Assembly (NCBI GenBank): GCA_964057225.1
Contig: OZ059900.1
Span: 3,162,001-3,226,000, forward strand
Origin: Auanema rhodensis
Taxonomy: Eukaryota > Animalia > Nematoda
Direction of reading: 5' to 3'
Length of the DNA: 64,000 nucleotides
A program made the translations under genes and the position numbers. Positions 1-14,600 of this stretch are shown here, piece after piece (position 1 is the first letter of the stretch; every line of letters begins with the position of its first letter). The notes below the pieces were generated by a model. The model was not told the origin of the DNA. It did no database searches and saw only the letters and a program-made list of their open reading frames with translations.

Positions 1-2604
1 TAAAAACGACCATACTTAGTGTAGTAATGCTATTTGAGTGAAATTCAGTGATTAAATCATTATTAGTGTATATTTGAAGACTTTTGTTATCATAGACAGT
101 AAAACTATGCTTTTGATCATATATATGAGCGATTTAGCCCAATTGGACTCAAAACTCGGAAAATTCAAAAATTCTTTCTATTTTCGACCTTTTTTGATCA
201 AAATGAATAAATATCAGTGCAAACTCATAAAAAAAGACTTATTTCGTGTATTATGTGTTTGATTCTCGAATCTTAACGAATATGATCAAAATTTACAAGT
301 ATTACAGATTTTGTACCAAAAATCGGTGAGTATATGGTGTTAAAGGCATAAAAACGACCATACTTAGTGTAGTAATGCTATTTGAGCGAAATTTAGTGAT
401 TTAAACATCATTAGTGTTTAACTAATGACTTTTGTTGTCATAGACAATAAAACTATGCTTCTGATCATATATATGAGCGATTTAGCCAAATTAGACTCAA
501 AACTCGTAAATTTCAAAAATTCTTTCTATTTTCGACCTTTTTTGATCAAAATGAATATATATCAGTGCAAGCTCATAAAAATAGACTGATTTTGTGTATT
601 GTATGTTTGATTCTCAAATCTTAACAAATATGATCAAAATTTACGAGTATTACAGATTTTGTACCAAAAATCGGTGAGTATATGGTGTTAAAGGCATAAA
701 AATGACCATACTTAGTGTAGTAATGCTATTTGAGCGAAAATCAGTATTTAAACATCACTAGCGTTTAATTGATGACTTTTGTTGTCATAGACAATAAAAC
801 TATGCTTCTGATCATGTATATGAGCGATTTAGCCAAATTAGACTCAAAACTCGGAAATTTCAAAAATTCTTTCTATTTTCGACCTTTTTTGATCAAAATG
901 AATAAATATCAGTGCAAACTCGTAAAAATAAACTTATTTCGTGTATTGTGTGTTTGATTCTCGAATCTCACCGAATATGATCAAAATTTACGAGTATCAC
1001 AGATTTTGTACCAAAAATCGGTGAGTATATGGTGTTAAAGGCATAAAAACGACCATACTTAGTGTAGTAATGCTATTTGAGTGAAATTCAGTGATTTAAT
1101 CATTATTAGTGTATATTTGAAGACTTTTGTTATCATAGACAGTAAAACTATGCTTTTGATCATATATATGAGCGATTTAGCCCAATTGGACTCAAAACTC
1201 GGAAAATTCAAAAATTCTTTCTATTTTCGACCTTTTTTGATCAAAATGAATATATATCAGTGCAAACTCATAAAAATAGACTGATTTTGTTTATTGTGTG
1301 TTTGATTTTCAAATCTTAACGAATATGATCAAAATTTACGAGTATTACAGATTTTGTACCAAAAATCGGTGAGTATATGGTGTTAAAGGCATAAAAACGA
1401 CCATACTTAGTGTAGTAATGCTATTTGAGCGAAAATCAGTATTTAAACATCACTAGCGTTTAATTGATGAATTTTGTTGTCATAGACAATAAAACTATGC
1501 TTCTGATCATGTATATGAGCGATTTAGCCAAATTAGACTCAAAACTCGGAAATTTCAAAAATTCTTTCTATTTTCGACCTTTTTTGATCAAAATGAATAT
1601 ATATCAGTGCAAGCTCATAAAAATAGACTGATTTTGCGTATTGTATGTTTGATTCTTAGCCCAATTGGACTCAAAACTCGGAAATTTCAAAAATTCTTTC
1701 TTTTTTCGACCTTTTTTGATCAAAATGAATATATATCAGTGCAAGCTCATAAAAATAGACTGATTTTGTGTATTGTGTGTTTGATTCTCAAATCTTAACG
1801 AATATGATCAAAATTTACGAGTATTACAGATTTTGTACCAAAAATCGGTGAGTATATGGTGTTAAAGGCATAAAAACGACCATACTTAGTGTAGTAATGC
1901 TATTTGAGCGAAATTTAGTGATCTAAACATCATTAGTGTTTAATTAATGACTTTTGTTGTCATAGACAATAAAACTATGCTTTTGATCATATATATGAGC
2001 GATTTAGCCCAATTGGACTCAAAACTCGGAAAATTCAAAAATTCTTTCTATTTTCGACCTTTTTTGATCAAAATGAATATATATCAGTGCAAACTCATAA
2101 AAATAGACTGATTTTGTGTATTGTGTGTTTGATTCTCAAATCTTAACAAATATGATCAAAATTTACAAGTATTACAGATTTTGTACCAAAAATCGGTGAG
2201 TATATGGTGTTAAAGGCATAAAAACGACCATACTTAGTGTAGTAATGCTATTTGAGCGAAATTCAGTATTAAAACATCACTAGCGTTTAATTGATGACTT
2301 TTGTTGTTATAGACAATAAAACTATGCTTTTGATCATATATATGAGCGATTTAGCCAAATTGGACTCAAAACTCGGAAATTTCAAAAATTCTTTCTATTT
2401 TCGACCTTTTTTGATCAAAATGAATATATATCAGTGCAAGCTCATAAAAATAGACTGATTTTGTGTATTGTGTGTTTGATTCTCAAATCTTAACGAATAT
2501 GATCAAAATTTACGAGTATTACAGATTTTGTACCAAAAATCGGTGAGTATATGGTGTTAAAGGCATAAAAACGACCATACTTAGTGTAGTAATGCTATTT
2601 GAGC
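1..2604 (+). repeat. 347/348-bp satellite array, block 1 (orientation A, ~7.5 monomers)
   Basis: Anchor TAAAAACGACCATACTTAGTGTAGTAATGC recurs at 1, 349 and onward every ~347-348 bp; one irregular unit at ~1656; orientation ends at ...TTTGAGC 2604. Confidence 0.97.
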
Positions 2605-2616
2605 AAATTTGTAAAA

Positions 2617-5600
2617 GTAAATTTTGATCATATTTGTTAAGATTTGAGAATCAAACACACAATACACAAAATCAGTCTATTTTTATGAGCTTGCACTGAT
2701 ATATATTCATTTTGATCAAAAAAGGTCGAAAATAGAAAGAATTTTTGAATTTTCCGAGTTTTGAGTCCAATTTGGCTAAATCGCTCATATATATGATCAA
2801 AAGCATAGTTTCATTGTCTATAACAACAAAAGTCATCAATTAAACGCTAGTGATGTTTAAATACTGAATTTCGCTCAAATAGCATTACTACACTAAGTAT
2901 GGTCGTTTTTATGCCTTTAACACCATATACTCACCGATTTTTGGTACAAAATCTGTAATACTTGTAAATTTTGATCATATTTGTTAAGATTTGAGAATCA
3001 AACACACAATACACAAAATCAGTCTATTTTTATGAGTTTGCACTGATATATATTCACTTTGATCAAAAAAGGTCGAAAATAGAAAGAATTTTTGAAATTT
3101 CCGAGTTTTGATTCCAATTTGGCTAAATCGCTCATATATATGATCAGAAGCATAGTTTTATTGTCTATAACAACAAAAGTCATCAATTAAACGCTAGTGA
3201 TGTTTAAATACTGAATTTCGCTCAAATAGCATTACTACACTAAGTATGGTCGTTTTTATGCCTTTAACACCATATACTCACCGATTTTTGGTACAAAATC
3301 TGTAATACTCGTAAATTTTGATCATATTCGTTAAGATTTGAAAATCAAACACACAATACACAAAATCAGTCTATTTTTATGAGCTTGCACTGATATATAT
3401 TCATTTTGATCAAAAAAGGTCGAAAATAGAAAGAATTTTTGAAATTTCCGAGTTTTGAGTCTAATTTGGCTAAATCGCTCATATATATGATCAGAAGCAT
3501 AGTTTTATTGTCTATGACAACAAAAGTCATCAATTAAACGCTAGTGATGTTTAAATACTGATTTTCGCTCAAATAGCATTACTACACTAAGTATGGTCGT
3601 TTTTATGCCTTTAACACCATATACTCACCGATTTTTGGTACAAAATCTGTAATACTCGTAAATTTTGATCATATTCGTTAAGATTTGAAAATCAAACACA
3701 CAATAAACAAAATCAGTCTATTTTTATGAGTTTGCACTGATATATATTCATTTTGATCAAAAAAGGTCGAAAATAGAAAGAATTTTTGAATTTTCCGAGT
3801 TTTGAGTCCAATTGGGCTAAATCGCTCATATATATGATCAAAAGCATAGTTTTATTGTCTATAACAACAAAAGTCATTAATTAAACACTAATGATGTTTA
3901 AATCACTAAATTTCGCTCAAATAGCATTACTACACTAAGTATGGTCGTTTTTATGCCTTTAACACCATATACTCACCGATTTTTGGTACAAAATCTGTAA
4001 TACTCGTAAATTTTGATCATATTCGTTAAGATTTGAGAATCAAACACACAATACACAAAATCAGTCTATTTTTATGAGCTTGCACTGATATATATTCATT
4101 TTGATCAAAAAAGGTCGAAAAAAGAAAGAATTTTTGAAATTTCCGAGTTTTGAGTCCAATTTGGCTAAATCGCTCATATATATGATCAAAAGCATAGTTT
4201 TATTGTCTATAACAACAAAAGTCATCAATTAAACGCTAGTGATGTTTAAATACTGAATTTCGCTCAAATAGCATTACTACACTAAGTATGGTCGTTTTTA
4301 TGCCTTTAACACCATATACTCACCGATTTTTGGTACAAAATCTGTAATACTTGTAAATTTTGATCATATTTGTTAAGATTCGAGAATCAAACATACAATA
4401 CACAAAATCAGTCTATTTTTATGAGCTTGCACTGATATATATTCATTTTGATCAAAAAAGGTCGAAAATAGAAAGAATTTTTGAAATGTCCGAGTTTTGA
4501 GTCTAATTTGGCTAAATCGCTCATATATATGATCAAAAGCATAGTTTTATTGTCTATAACAACAAAAGTCATCAATTAAACGCTAGTGATGTTTAAATAC
4601 TGATTTTCGCTCAAATAGCATTACTACACTAAGTATGGTCGTTTTTATGCCTTTAACACCATATACTCACCGATTTTTGGTACAAAATCTGTAATACTCG
4701 TAAATTTTGATCATATTCGTTAAGATTTGAGAATCAAACACACAATACACAAAATCAGTCTATTTTTATGAGCTTGCACTGATATATATTCATTTTGATC
4801 AAAAAAGGTCGAAAATAGAAAGAATTTTTGAAATTTCCGAGTTTTGAGTCCAATTTGGCTAAATCGCTCATATATATGATCAAAAGCATAGTTTTAATGT
4901 CTATAACAACAAAAGTCATCAATTAAACGCTAGTGATGTTTAAATACTGAATTTCGCTCAAATAGCATTACTACACTAAGTATGGTCGTTTTTATGCCTT
5001 TAACACCATATACTCACCGATTTTTGGTACAAAATCTGTAATACTCGTAAATTTTGATCATATTCGTTAAGATTTGAGAATCAAACACACAATACACAAA
5101 ATCAGTCTATTTTTATGAGCTTGCACTGATATATATTCATTTTGATCAAAAAAGGTCGAAAATAGAAAGAATTTTTGAAATTTCCGAGTTTTGAGTCTAA
5201 TTTGGCTAAATCGCTCATATATATGATCAGAAGCATAGTTTTATTGTCTATGACAACAAAAGTCATCAATTAAACGCTAGTGATGTTTAAATACTGATTT
5301 TCGCTCAAATAGCATTACTACACTAAGTATGGTCGTTTTTATGCCTTTAACACCATATACTCACCGATTTTTGGTACAAAATCTGTAATACTCGTAAATT
5401 TTGATCATATTCGTTAAGATTTGAAAATCAAACACACAATAAACAAAATCAGTCTATTTTTATGAGTTTGCACTGATATATATTCATTTTGATCAAAAAA
5501 GGTCGAAAATAGAAAGAATTTTTGAATTTTCCGAGTTTTGAGTCCAATTGGGCTAAATCGCTCATATATATGATCAAAAGCATAGTTTTATTGTCTATAA

Positions 5601-8600
5601 CAACAAAAGTCATTAATTAAACACTAATGATGTTTAAATCACTAAATTTCGCTCAAATAGCATTACTACACTAAGTATGGTCGTTTTTATGCCTTTAACA
5701 CCATATACTCACCGATTTTTGGTACAAAATCTGTAATACTCGTAAATTTTGATCATATTCGTTAAGATTTGAGAATCAAACACACAATACACAAAATCAG
5801 TCTATTTTTATGAGCTTGCACTAATATATATTCATTTTGATCAAAAAAGGTCGAAAAAAGAAAGAATTTTTGAAAATTCCGAGTTTTGAGTCCAATTTGG
5901 CTAAATCGCTCATATATATGATCAAAAGCATAGTTTTACTGTCTATGATAACAAAAGTCTTCAAATATACACTAATAATGTGTAAATCACTGAATTTCAC
6001 TCAAATAGCTTTACTACACTAAGTATGGTCGTTTTTATGCCTTTAACACCATATACTCACCGATTTTTGGTACAAAATCTGTAATACTTGTAAATTTTGA
6101 TCATATTTGTTAAGATTTGAGAATCAAACATACAATACACAAAATCAGTCTATTTTTATGAGCTTGCACTGATATATATTCATTTTGATCAAAAAAGGTC
6201 GAAAATAGAAAGAATTTTGGAAATGTCCGAGTTTTGAGTCTAATTTGGCTAAATCGCTCATATATATGATCAAAAGCATAGTTTTATTGTCTATGACAAC
6301 AAAAGTCATCAATTAAACGCTAGTGATGTTTAAATACTGAATTTCGCTCAAATAGCATTACTACACTAAGTATGGTCGTTTTTATGCCTTTAACACCATA
6401 TACTCACCGATTTTTGGTACAAAATCTGTAATACTTGTAAATTTTGATCATATTTGTTAAGATTTGAGAATCAAACACACAATACACAAAATCAGTCTAT
6501 TTTTATGAGCTTGCACTAATATATATTCATTTTGATCAAAAAAGGTCGAAAAAAGAAAGAATTTTTGAAAATTCCGAGTTTTGAGTCCAATTTGGCTAAA
6601 TCGCTCATATATATGATCAAAAGCATAGTTTTATTGTCTATAACAACAAAAGTCATCAATTAAACGCTAGTGATGTTTAAATACTGAATTTCGCTCAAAT
6701 AGCATTACTACACTAAGTATGGTCGTTTTTATGCCTTTAACACCATATACTCACCGATTTTTGGTACAAAATCTGTAATACTTGTAAATTTTGATCATAT
6801 TTGTTAAGATTTGAGAATCAAACACACAATACACAAAATCAGTCTATTTTTATGAGCTTGCACTAATATATATTCATTTTGATCAAAAAAGGTCGAAAAA
6901 AGAAAGAATTTTTGAAAATTCCGAGTTTTGAGTCCAATTTGGCTAAATCGCTCATATATATGATCAAAAGCATAGTTTTATTGTCTATAACAACAAAAGT
7001 CATCAATTAAACGCTAGTGATGTTTAAATACTGAATTTCGCTCAAATAGCATTACTACACTAAGTATGGTCGTTTTTATGCCTTTAACACCATATACTCA
7101 CCGATTTTTGGTACAAAATCTGTAATACTTGTAAATTTTGATCATATTTGTTAAGATTTGAGAATCAAACACACAATACACAAAATCAGTCTATTTTTAT
7201 GAGTTTGCACTGATATATATTCACTTTGATCAAAAAAGGTCGAAAATAGAAAGAATTTTTGAAATGTCCGAGTTTTGAGTCCAATTTGGCTAAATCGCTC
7301 ATATATATGATCAAAAGCATAGTTTTATTGTCTATAACAACAAAAGTCATCAATTAAACGCTAGTGATGTTTTAATACTGAATTTCGCTCAAATAGCATT
7401 ACTACACTAAGTATGGTCGTTTTTATGCCTTTAACACCATATACTCACCGATTTTTGGTACAAAATCTGTAATACTTGTAAATTTTGATCATATTTGTTA
7501 AGATTTGAGAATCAAACACACAAGACACAAAATCAGTCTATTTTTATGAGCTTGCACTGATATATGATCTTTTTGATCAAAAAAGGTCGAAAATAGAAAG
7601 AATTTTGGAAATGTCCGAGTTTTGAGTCTAATTTGGCTAAATCGCTCATATATATGATCAAAAGCATAGTTTTATTGTCTATAACAACAAAAGTCATCAT
7701 ATAAACGCTAGTGATGTTTAAATACTGAATTTCGCTCAAATAGCATAACTACACTAAGTATGGTCGTTTTTATGCCTTTAACACCATATACTCACCGATT
7801 TTTGGTACAAAATCTGTAATACTCGTAAATTTTGCTCATATTCGTTAAGATTTGAGAATCAAACATACAATACACGAAATCAGTCTATTTTTATGAGCTT
7901 GCACTGATATATATTCATTTTGATCAAAAAAGGTCGAAAATAGAAAGAATTTTTGAAATTTCCGAGTTTTGAGGCTAATTTGGCTAAATCGCTCATATAT
8001 ATGATCAAAAGCATAGTTTTATTGTCTATGACAACAAAAGTCATCAATTAAACGCTAGTGATGTTTAAATACTGAATTTCGATCAAATAGCATTACTACA
8101 CTAAGTATGGTCGTTTTTATGCCTTTAACACCATATACTCACCGATTTTTGGTACAAAATCTGTAATACTCGTAAATTTTGATCATATTCGTTAAGATTT
8201 GAGAATCAAACACACAATACACAAAATCAGTCTATTTTTATGAGTTTGCACTGATATATATTCACTTTGATCAAAAAAGGTCGAAAATAGAAAGAAATTT
8301 TGAAATTTCCGAGTTTTGAGTCTAATTTGGCTAAATCGCTCATATATATGATCAGAAGCATAGTTTTATTGTCTATAACAACAAAAGTCATCAATTAAAC
8401 GCTAGTGATGTTTTAATACTGATTTTCGCTCAAATAGCATTACTACACTAAGTATGGTCGTTTTTATGCCTTTAACACCATATACTCACCGATTTTTGGT
8501 ACAAAATCTGTAATACTCGTAAATTTTGATCATATTCGTTAAGATTTGAAAATCAAACACACAATAAACAAAATCAGTTTATTTTTATGAGTTTGCACTG

Positions 8601-11600
8601 ATATATATTCATTTTGATCAAAAAAGGTCGAAAATAGAAAGAATTTTTGAATTTTCCGAGTTTTGAGTCCAATTTGGCTAAATCGCTCATATATATGATC
8701 AAAAGCATAGTTTTATTGTCTATAACAACAAAAGTCATTAATTAAACACTAGTGATGTTTAAATACTGATTTTCGCTCAAATAGCATTACTACACTAAGT
8801 ATGGTCGTTTTTATGCCTTTAACACCATATACTCACCGATTTTTGGTACAAAATCTGTAATACTTGTAAATTTTGATCATATTTGTTAAGATTTGAGAAT
8901 CAAACACACAATAAACAAAATCAGTCTATTTTTATGAGTTTGCACTGATATATATTCACTTTGATCAAAAAAGGTCGAAAATAGAAAGAATTTTTGAAAT
9001 TTCCGAGTTTTGAGTCCAATTTGGCTAAATCGCTCATATATATGATCAAAAGCATAGTTTTATTGTCTATAACAACAAAAGTCATCAATTAAACGCTAGT
9101 GATGTTTTAATACTGAATTTCGCTCAAATAGCATTACTACACTAAGTATGGTCGTTTTTATGCCTTTAACACCATATACTCACCGATTTTTGGTACAAAA
9201 TCTGTAATACTTGTAAATTTTGATCATATTTGTTAAGATTTGAGAATCAAACACACAAGACACAAAATCAGTCTATTTTTATGAGCTTGCACTGATATAT
9301 GATCTTTTTGATCAAAAAAGGTCGAAAATAGAAAGAATTTTGGAAATGTCCGAGTTTTGAGTCTAATTTGGCTAAATCGCTCATATATATGATCAAAAGC
9401 ATAGTTTTATTGTCTATAACAACAAAAGTCATCATATAAACGCTAGTGATGTTTAAATACTGAATTTCGCTCAAATAGCATAACTACACTAAGTATGGTC
9501 GTTTTTATGCCTTTAACACCATATACTCACCGATTTTTGGTACAAAATCTGTAATACTCGTAAATTTTGCTCATATTCGTTAAGATTTGAGAATCAAACA
9601 TACAATACACGAAATCAGTCTATTTTTATGAGCTTGCACTGATATATATTCATTTTGATCAAAAAAGGTCGAAAATAGAAAGAATTTTTGAAATTTCCGA
9701 GTTTTGAGGCTAATTTGGCTAAATCGCTCATATATATGATCAAAAGCATAGTTTTATTGTCTATGACAACAAAAGTCATCAATTAAACGCTAGTGATGTT
9801 TAAATACTGAATTTCGATCAAATAGCATTACTACACTAAGTATGGTCGTTTTTATGCCTTTAACACCATATACTCACCGATTTTTGGTACAAAATCTGTA
9901 ATACTCGTAAATTTTGATCATATTCGTTAAGATTTGAGAATCAAACACACAATACACAAAATCAGTCTATTTTTATGAGTTTGCACTGATATATATTCAT
10001 TTTGATCAAAAAAGGTCGAAAATAGAAAGAATTTTTGAAATTTCCGAGTTTTGAGTCCAATTTGGCTAAATCGCTCATATATATGATCAAAAGCATAGTT
10101 TTATTGTCTATAACAACAAAAGTCATTAATTAAACACTAGTGATGTTTAAATACTGATTTTCGCTCAAATAGCATTACTACACTAAGTATGGTCGTTTTT
10201 ATGCCTTTAACACCATATACTCACCGATTTTTGGTACAAAATCTGTAATACTTGTAAATTTTGATCATATTTGTTAAGATTTGAGAATCAAACACACAAT
10301 AAACAAAATCAGTCTATTTTTATGAGTTTGCACTGATATATATTCACTTTGATCAAAAAAGGTCGAAAATAGAAAGAATTTTTGAAATTTCCGAGTTTTG
10401 AGTCCAATTTGGCTAAATCGCTCATATATATGATCAAAAGCATAGTTTTATTGTCTATAACAACAAAAGTCATCAATTAAACGCTAGTGATGTTTTAATA
10501 CTGAATTTCGCTCAAATAGCATTACTACACTAAGTATGGTCGTTTTTATGCCTTTAACACCATATACTCACCGATTTTTGGTACAAAATCTGTAATACTT
10601 GTAAATTTTGATCATATTTGTTAAGATTTGAGAATCAAACACACAAGACACAAAATCAGTCTATTTTTATGAGCTTGCACTGATATATGATCTTTTTGAT
10701 CAAAAAAGGTCGAAAATAGAAAGAATTTTGGAAATGTCCGAGTTTTGAGTCTAATTTGGCTAAATCGCTCATATATATGATCAAAAGCATAGTTTTATTG
10801 TCTATAACAACAAAAGTCATTAATTAAACACTAGTGATGTTTAAATACTGATTTTCGCTCAAATAGCATTACTACACTAAGTATGGTCGTTTTTATGCCT
10901 TTAACACCATATACTCACCGATTTTTGGTACAAAATCTGTAATACTTGTAAATTTTGATCATATTTGTTAAGATTTGAGAATCAAACACACAATAAACAA
11001 AATCAGTCTATTTTTATGAGTTTGCACTGATATATATTCACTTTGATCAAAAAAGGTCGAAAATAGAAAGAATTTTTGAAATTTCCGAGTTTTGAGTCCA
11101 ATTTGGCTAAATCGCTCATATATATGATCAAAAGCATAGTTTTATTGTCTATGACAACAAAAGTCATCAATTAAACGCTAGTGATGTTTAAATACTGAAT
11201 TTCGATCAAATAGCATTACTACACTAAGTATGGTCGTTTTTATGCCTTTAACACCATATACTCACCGATTTTTGGTACAAAATCTGTAATACTCGTAAAT
11301 TTTGATCATATTCGTTAAGATTTGAGAATCAAACACACAATACACAAAATCAGTCTATTTTTATGAGTTTGCACTGATATATATTCATTTTGATCAAAAA
11401 AGGTCGAAAATAGAAAGAATTTTTGAAATTTCCGAGTTTTGAGTCCAATTTGGCTAAATCGCTCATATATATGATCAAAAGCATAGTTTTATTGTCTATA
11501 ACAACAAAAGTCATTAATTAAACACTAGTGATGTTTAAATACTGATTTTCGCTCAAATAGCATTACTACACTAAGTATGGTCGTTTTTATGCCTTTAACA

Positions 11601-14600
11601 CCATATACTCACCGATTTTTGGTACAAAATCTGTAATACTTGTAAATTTTGATCATATTTGTTAAGATTTGAGAATCAAACACACAATAAACAAAATCAG
11701 TCTATTTTTATGAGTTTGCACTGATATATATTCACTTTGATCAAAAAAGGTCGAAAATAGAAAGAATTTTTGAAATTTCCGAGTTTTGAGTCCAATTTGG
11801 CTAAATCGCTCATATATATGATCAAAAGCATAGTTTTATTGTCTATAACAACAAAAGTCATCAATTAAACGCTAGTGATGTTTTAATACTGAATTTCGCT
11901 CAAATAGCATTACTACACTAAGTATGGTCGTTTTTATGCCTTTAACACCATATACTCACCGATTTTTGGTACAAAATCTGTAATACTTGTAAATTTTGAT
12001 CATATTTGTTAAGATTTGAGAATCAAACACACAAGACACAAAATCAGTCTATTTTTATGAGCTTGCACTGATATATGATCTTTTTGATCAAAAAAGGTCG
12101 AAAATAGAAAGAATTTTGGAAATGTCCGAGTTTTGAGTCTAATTTGGCTAAATCGCTCATATATATGATCAAAAGCATAGTTTTATTGTCTATAACAACA
12201 AAAGTCATCATATAAACGCTAGTGATGTTTAAATACTGAATTTCGCTCAAATAGCATAACTACACTAAGTATGGTCGTTTTTATGCCTTTAACACCATAT
12301 ACTCACCGATTTTTGGTACAAAATCTGTAATACTCGTAAATTTTGCTCATATTCGTTAAGATTTGAGAATCAAACATACAATACACGAAATCAGTCTATT
12401 TTTATGAGCTTGCACTGATATATATTCATTTTGATCAAAAAAGGTCGAAAATAGAAAGAATTTTTGAAATTTCCGAGTTTTGAGGCTAATTTGGCTAAAT
12501 CGCTCATATATATGATCAAAAGCATAGTTTTATTGTCTATGACAACAAAAGTCATCAATTAAACGCTAGTGATGTTTAAATACTGAATTTCGATCAAATA
12601 GCATTACTACACTAAGTATGGTCGTTTTTATGCCTTTAACACCATATACTCACCGATTTTTGGTACAAAATCTGTAATACTCGTAAATTTTGATCATATT
12701 CGTTAAGATTTGAGAATCAAACACACAATACACAAAATCAGTCTATTTTTATGAGTTTGCACTGATATATATTCATTTTGATCAAAAAAGGTCGAAAATA
12801 GAAAGAATTTTTGAAATTTCCGAGTTTTGAGTCCAATTTGGCTAAATCGCTCATATATATGATCAAAAGCATAGTTTTATGGTCTATAACAACAAAAGTC
12901 ATCAATTAAACGCTAGTGATGTTTAAATACTGAATTTCGCTCAAATAGCATTACTACACTAAGTATGGTCGTTTTTATGCCTTTAACACCATATACTCAC
13001 CGATTTTTGGTACAAAATCTGTAATACTCGTAAATTTTGATCATATTCGTTAAGATTTGAGAATCAAACACACAATACACAAAATCAGTCTATTTTTATG
13101 AGTTTGCACTGATATATATTCATTTTGATCAAAAAAGGTCGAAAATAGAAAGAATTTTTGAAATTTCCGAGTTTTGAGTCCAATTTGGCTAAATCGCTCA
13201 TATATATGATCAAAAGCATAGTTTTATTGTCTATAACAACAAAAGTCATCAATTAAACGCTAGTGATGTTTAAATACTGAATTTCGCTCAAATAGCATTA
13301 CTACACTAAGTATGGTCGTTTTTATGCCTTTAACACCATATACTCACCGATTTTTGGTACAAAATCTGTAATACTCGTAAATTTTGATCATATTCGTTAA
13401 GATTTGAGAATCAAACATACAATACACGAAATCAGTCTATTGTTATGAGCTTGCACTGATGTATATTCATTTTGATCAAAAAAGGTCGAAAATAGAAAGA
13501 ATTTTTGAAATTTCCGAGTTTTGAGTCTAATTTGGCTAAATCGCTCATATATATGATCAGAAGCATAGTTTTATTGTCTATGACAACAAAAGTCATCAAT
13601 TAAACGCTAGTGATGTTTTAATACTGATTTTCGCTCAAATAGCATTACTACACTAAGTATGGTCGTTTTTATGCCTTTAACACCATATACTCACCGATTT
13701 TTGGTACAAAATCTGTAATACTCGTAAATTTTGATCATATTCGTTAAGATTTGAGAATCAAACACACAATACACAAAATCAGTCTATTTTTATGAGCTTG
13801 CACTGATATATATTCATTTTGATCAAAAAAGGTCGAAAAAAGAAAGAATTTTTGAAATTTCCGAGTTTTGAGTCCAATTTGGCTAAATCGCTCATATATA
13901 TGATCAAAAGCATAGTTTTATTGTCTATAACAACAAAAGTCATCAATTAAACGCTAGTGATGTTTAAATACTGATTTTCGCTCAAATAGCATTACTACAC
14001 TAAGTATGGTCGTTTTTATGCCTTTAACACCATATACTCACCGATTTTTGGTACAAAATCTGTAATACTTGTAAATTTTGATCATATTCGTTAAGATTTG
14101 AGAATCAAACATACAATACACGAAATCAGTCTATTTTTATGAGCTTGCACTGATATATATTCATTTTGATCAAAAAAGGTCGAAAATAGAAAGAATTTTT
14201 GAATTTTCCGAGTTTTGAGTCCAATTTGGCTAAATCGCTCATATATATGATCAAAAGCATAGTTTTATTGTCTATAACAACAAAAGTCATTAATTAAACA
14301 CTAGTGATGTTTAAATACTGATTTTCGCTCAAATAGCATTACTACACTAAGTATGGTCGTTTTTATGCCTTTAACACCATATACTCACCGATTTTTGGTA
14401 CAAAATCTGTAATACTTGTAAATTTTGATCATATTTGTTAAGATTTGAGAATCAAACACACAATAAACAAAATCAGTCTATTTTTATGAGTTTGCACTGA
14501 TATATATTCACTTTGATCAAAAAAGGTCGAAAATAGAAAGAATTTTTGAAATTTCCGAGTTTTGAGTCCAATTTGGCTAAATCGCTCATATATATGATCA

